A stretch of 41,566 nucleotides of DNA from a virus (taxonomy: Duplodnaviria > Caudoviricetes): positions 1-41,566 of IMG/VR virus record IMGVR_UViG_3300024186_000007; one strand, 5' to 3'. Position 1 is the first letter of the stretch. The number at the start of each line of letters is the position of its first letter. This document shows, in pieces, positions 40,096-41,566 of the stretch. The notes beneath the pieces were generated by a model. That model was not told where the DNA came from. It made no database searches and saw only the letters and a list, made by a program, of their open reading frames with translations. A program made the translations under genes and the position numbers.

Positions 40096-41566
40096 TCACG
40101 CCATCCCCATGCCGGGGCCTGGAGGCGCCGCTGACGCCGTGGAGGCGCCGCTGCCATTCGTGGGTGCCGGCGGCATCATCGCCGCCTGTAGCTCGCTCTC
40201 CTGCGCCGCGTGCTGCTGTAGCACCGGGTGCAATTCGGTCTGCAGCATGTCGGTCACGAGCTGCCGCACGATCACCTGCAGCGCCATCGGGTCAATGCCG
40301 CCCACCACGTCCAAGCGTTTCGTCTCAGCCTCGTAGTCCTTGATCTGCAGCTCCGCGCTCTTGTCCTTGGCCTGCTCCTGCGCATGCACGAGTTGCGCCT
40401 TCAATCCCGCAATCTCCGCATCCGCCTTCTGCAGCAACTCCTGTGCATGCTGCTGCATCTGCTGCGCGGCCTGTGTCACCTGCTGCACCTGCGGATCCAC
40501 GCCCGACTTGTATTGCGGCGGCAGGCCGCGCTTCATCCGCCGCGCGAACTCGTCAGCATTCGGGAAATCGCTGTTCTCCGCCCACAGGTCGCCGACGATC
40601 TGAAACGCCGCGGGGTTCTGCTTCATGATCTCCGCAAACGCATTCGCCGCTTCCTGGCGCTGCGTGCCATAGGCCGGCCCCACGTCCGCCTCGACATCGT
40701 ATTTGCCCACATTCGGGTTGAAGATGACGGACGGGTCGGGTGTGTCGGGGTTTTCCTGCAGCTCCTGCGCCTGCCCGCCGGTCAGCGGCACCGGAGCACC
40801 ATCTGGCGGTTGCCCGGCATTCGGCTGCTGTGGCGGCGGGCCGACGAACTGGTGTGCCTCGGGCGCATCCGGCGCCACCATCACCTTGTTTTCCTCGCCA
40901 TCCTCGGCGAGCGTCATCACCACGCGCCGCGTGTCGTAGATCCGCGGTATCAGGTCGAGCAATATCCTGCCGACTTGCCGGATCGCCTTAGCGGTGTTGT
41001 CGATGTAATGGTAAGTCGCGGTATCACCCTGCCGCTGGCGCTGCTGGATGGCAATGCCGCTTCGCTCGTTGCTCGGCATGCCCAACTCGGACTGATACTG
41101 TCCGGTCACCGACATCAGATCCTGCCGCGCGATGGTCATGCCCTGGATGTAAGCCTGCGCCATCTGCGGCGGCGGCTCGCGGGCTGGCGGCGGGATCGGC
41201 TGGCCGCGCTCATCGAGGCCGTTGTAGACCAGCACGGACCAATTCTTGACGTTCGCCGTCGCCCACTGCTCCTCGCGGCCCTGGATCGCGTCGATACGCG
41301 CGACATACGGCGATTTAGTCTGCAGCGCGACCTGCTCCACCGCCGCCGATGCCCAGTAGTTGTAGATACGTTGGGCGTCAATCTGCGACCTGGTGTGGCC
41401 CTTGCGGTCCATCTCGCCGTCGATGACGGTTTCCTCACCGAGAAACGGCACGATCGGGATGTATTTCCCCGGCCATTCCTCGCGGTCGATGATCCGGTCG
41501 CCGGCGAGCTTGAACCACTCGATCTCCGGCTCTGCGACCTCGCGTGTCTTGGCAATCAGCGGCTCG
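40096..41566 (-). CDS. Portal protein, C-terminal part
   Basis: DAQRIYNYWAS..VEQVAL, SNERSGIAIQQRQRQGD, GRILLDLIPRIYDT.R, GKYDV..DVGPAY.TQRQEA; in frame with 937..1. Confidence 0.93.
   Translation of the reverse strand, partial: EPLIAKTREVAEPEIEWFKLAGDRIIDREEWPGKYIPIVPFLGEETVIDGEMDRKGHTRSQIDAQRIYNYWASAAVEQVALQTKSPYVARIDAIQGREEQWATANVKNWSVLVYNGLDERGQPIPPPAREPPPQMAQAYIQGMTIARQDLMSVTGQYQSELGMPSNERSGIAIQQRQRQGDTATYHYIDNTAKAIRQVGRILLDLIPRIYDTRRVVMTLAEDGEENKVMVAPDAPEAHQFVGPPPQQPNAGQPPDGAPVPLTGGQAQELQENPDTPDPSVIFNPNVGKYDVEADVGPAYGTQRQEAANAFAEIMKQNPAAFQIVGDLWAENSDFPNADEFARRMKRGLPPQYKSGVDPQVQQVTQAAQQMQQHAQELLQKADAEIAGLKAQLVHAQEQAKDKSAELQIKDYEAETKRLDVVGGIDPMALQVIVRQLVTDMLQTELHPVLQQHAAQESELQAAMMPPAPTNGSGASTASAAPPGPGMGMA
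41397..41566. repeat. Terminal direct repeat, right copy
   Basis: Matches 1-170 with two mismatches. Confidence 0.95.

Larger units (their letters stand above)
1..41566. mobile_element. Complete circularly permuted P22-like podovirus genome (unit length ~41,396 bp), probable alphaproteobacterial host
   Basis: Terminase, P22-type portal, scaffold, coat, gp4/gp10-like tail and ejection genes plus CI/Cro and replication genes; the 170-bp end overlap closes the portal ORF in frame; host inferred from GcrA homologues. Confidence 0.93.

Noticed and set aside
1-41566. tRNA, tmRNA or rRNA genes
   Set aside because: No cloverleaf with a T-loop (GTTCRA) recognised in the few intergenic gaps; a tRNAscan or ARAGORN run would be needed to be certain.

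Overview
The window is an apparently complete, circularly permuted ~41.4 kb high-GC podovirus genome with P22-like gene order. Bases 1-170 repeat at 41397-41566 and cut through the portal gene. GcrA homologues point to an alphaproteobacterial host (inference). The minus strand carries the Cro-side early operon (GcrA, C5 and N6 DNA methyltransferases, VRR-NUC, ParB-like protein, replication initiator with internal iterons, NusG/RfaH-type antiterminator), the terminases, and the portal, scaffold, coat, tail and ejection genes. The plus strand carries a CI-like repressor, the recombination operon and a small accessory island. The most unusual locus is the C5 methyltransferase (10851-12707). Its catalytic frame lacks the target-recognition region and motif IX. 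These sit in a second, overlapping frame as six variable 'WPTP' cassettes followed by motif IX, and an HNH endonuclease gene follows directly, also nested inside the methylase ORF. Other notable items are a phage-encoded PEP-CTERM protein, a gp10-like tail hub split into two genes around inserted domains, a sulfotransferase-like/GNAT fusion, a stand-alone ART-like protein after the portal, and a probable AUA start codon. I found no recognisable integrase or endolysin. All family calls come from reading motifs by eye; no searches were run.
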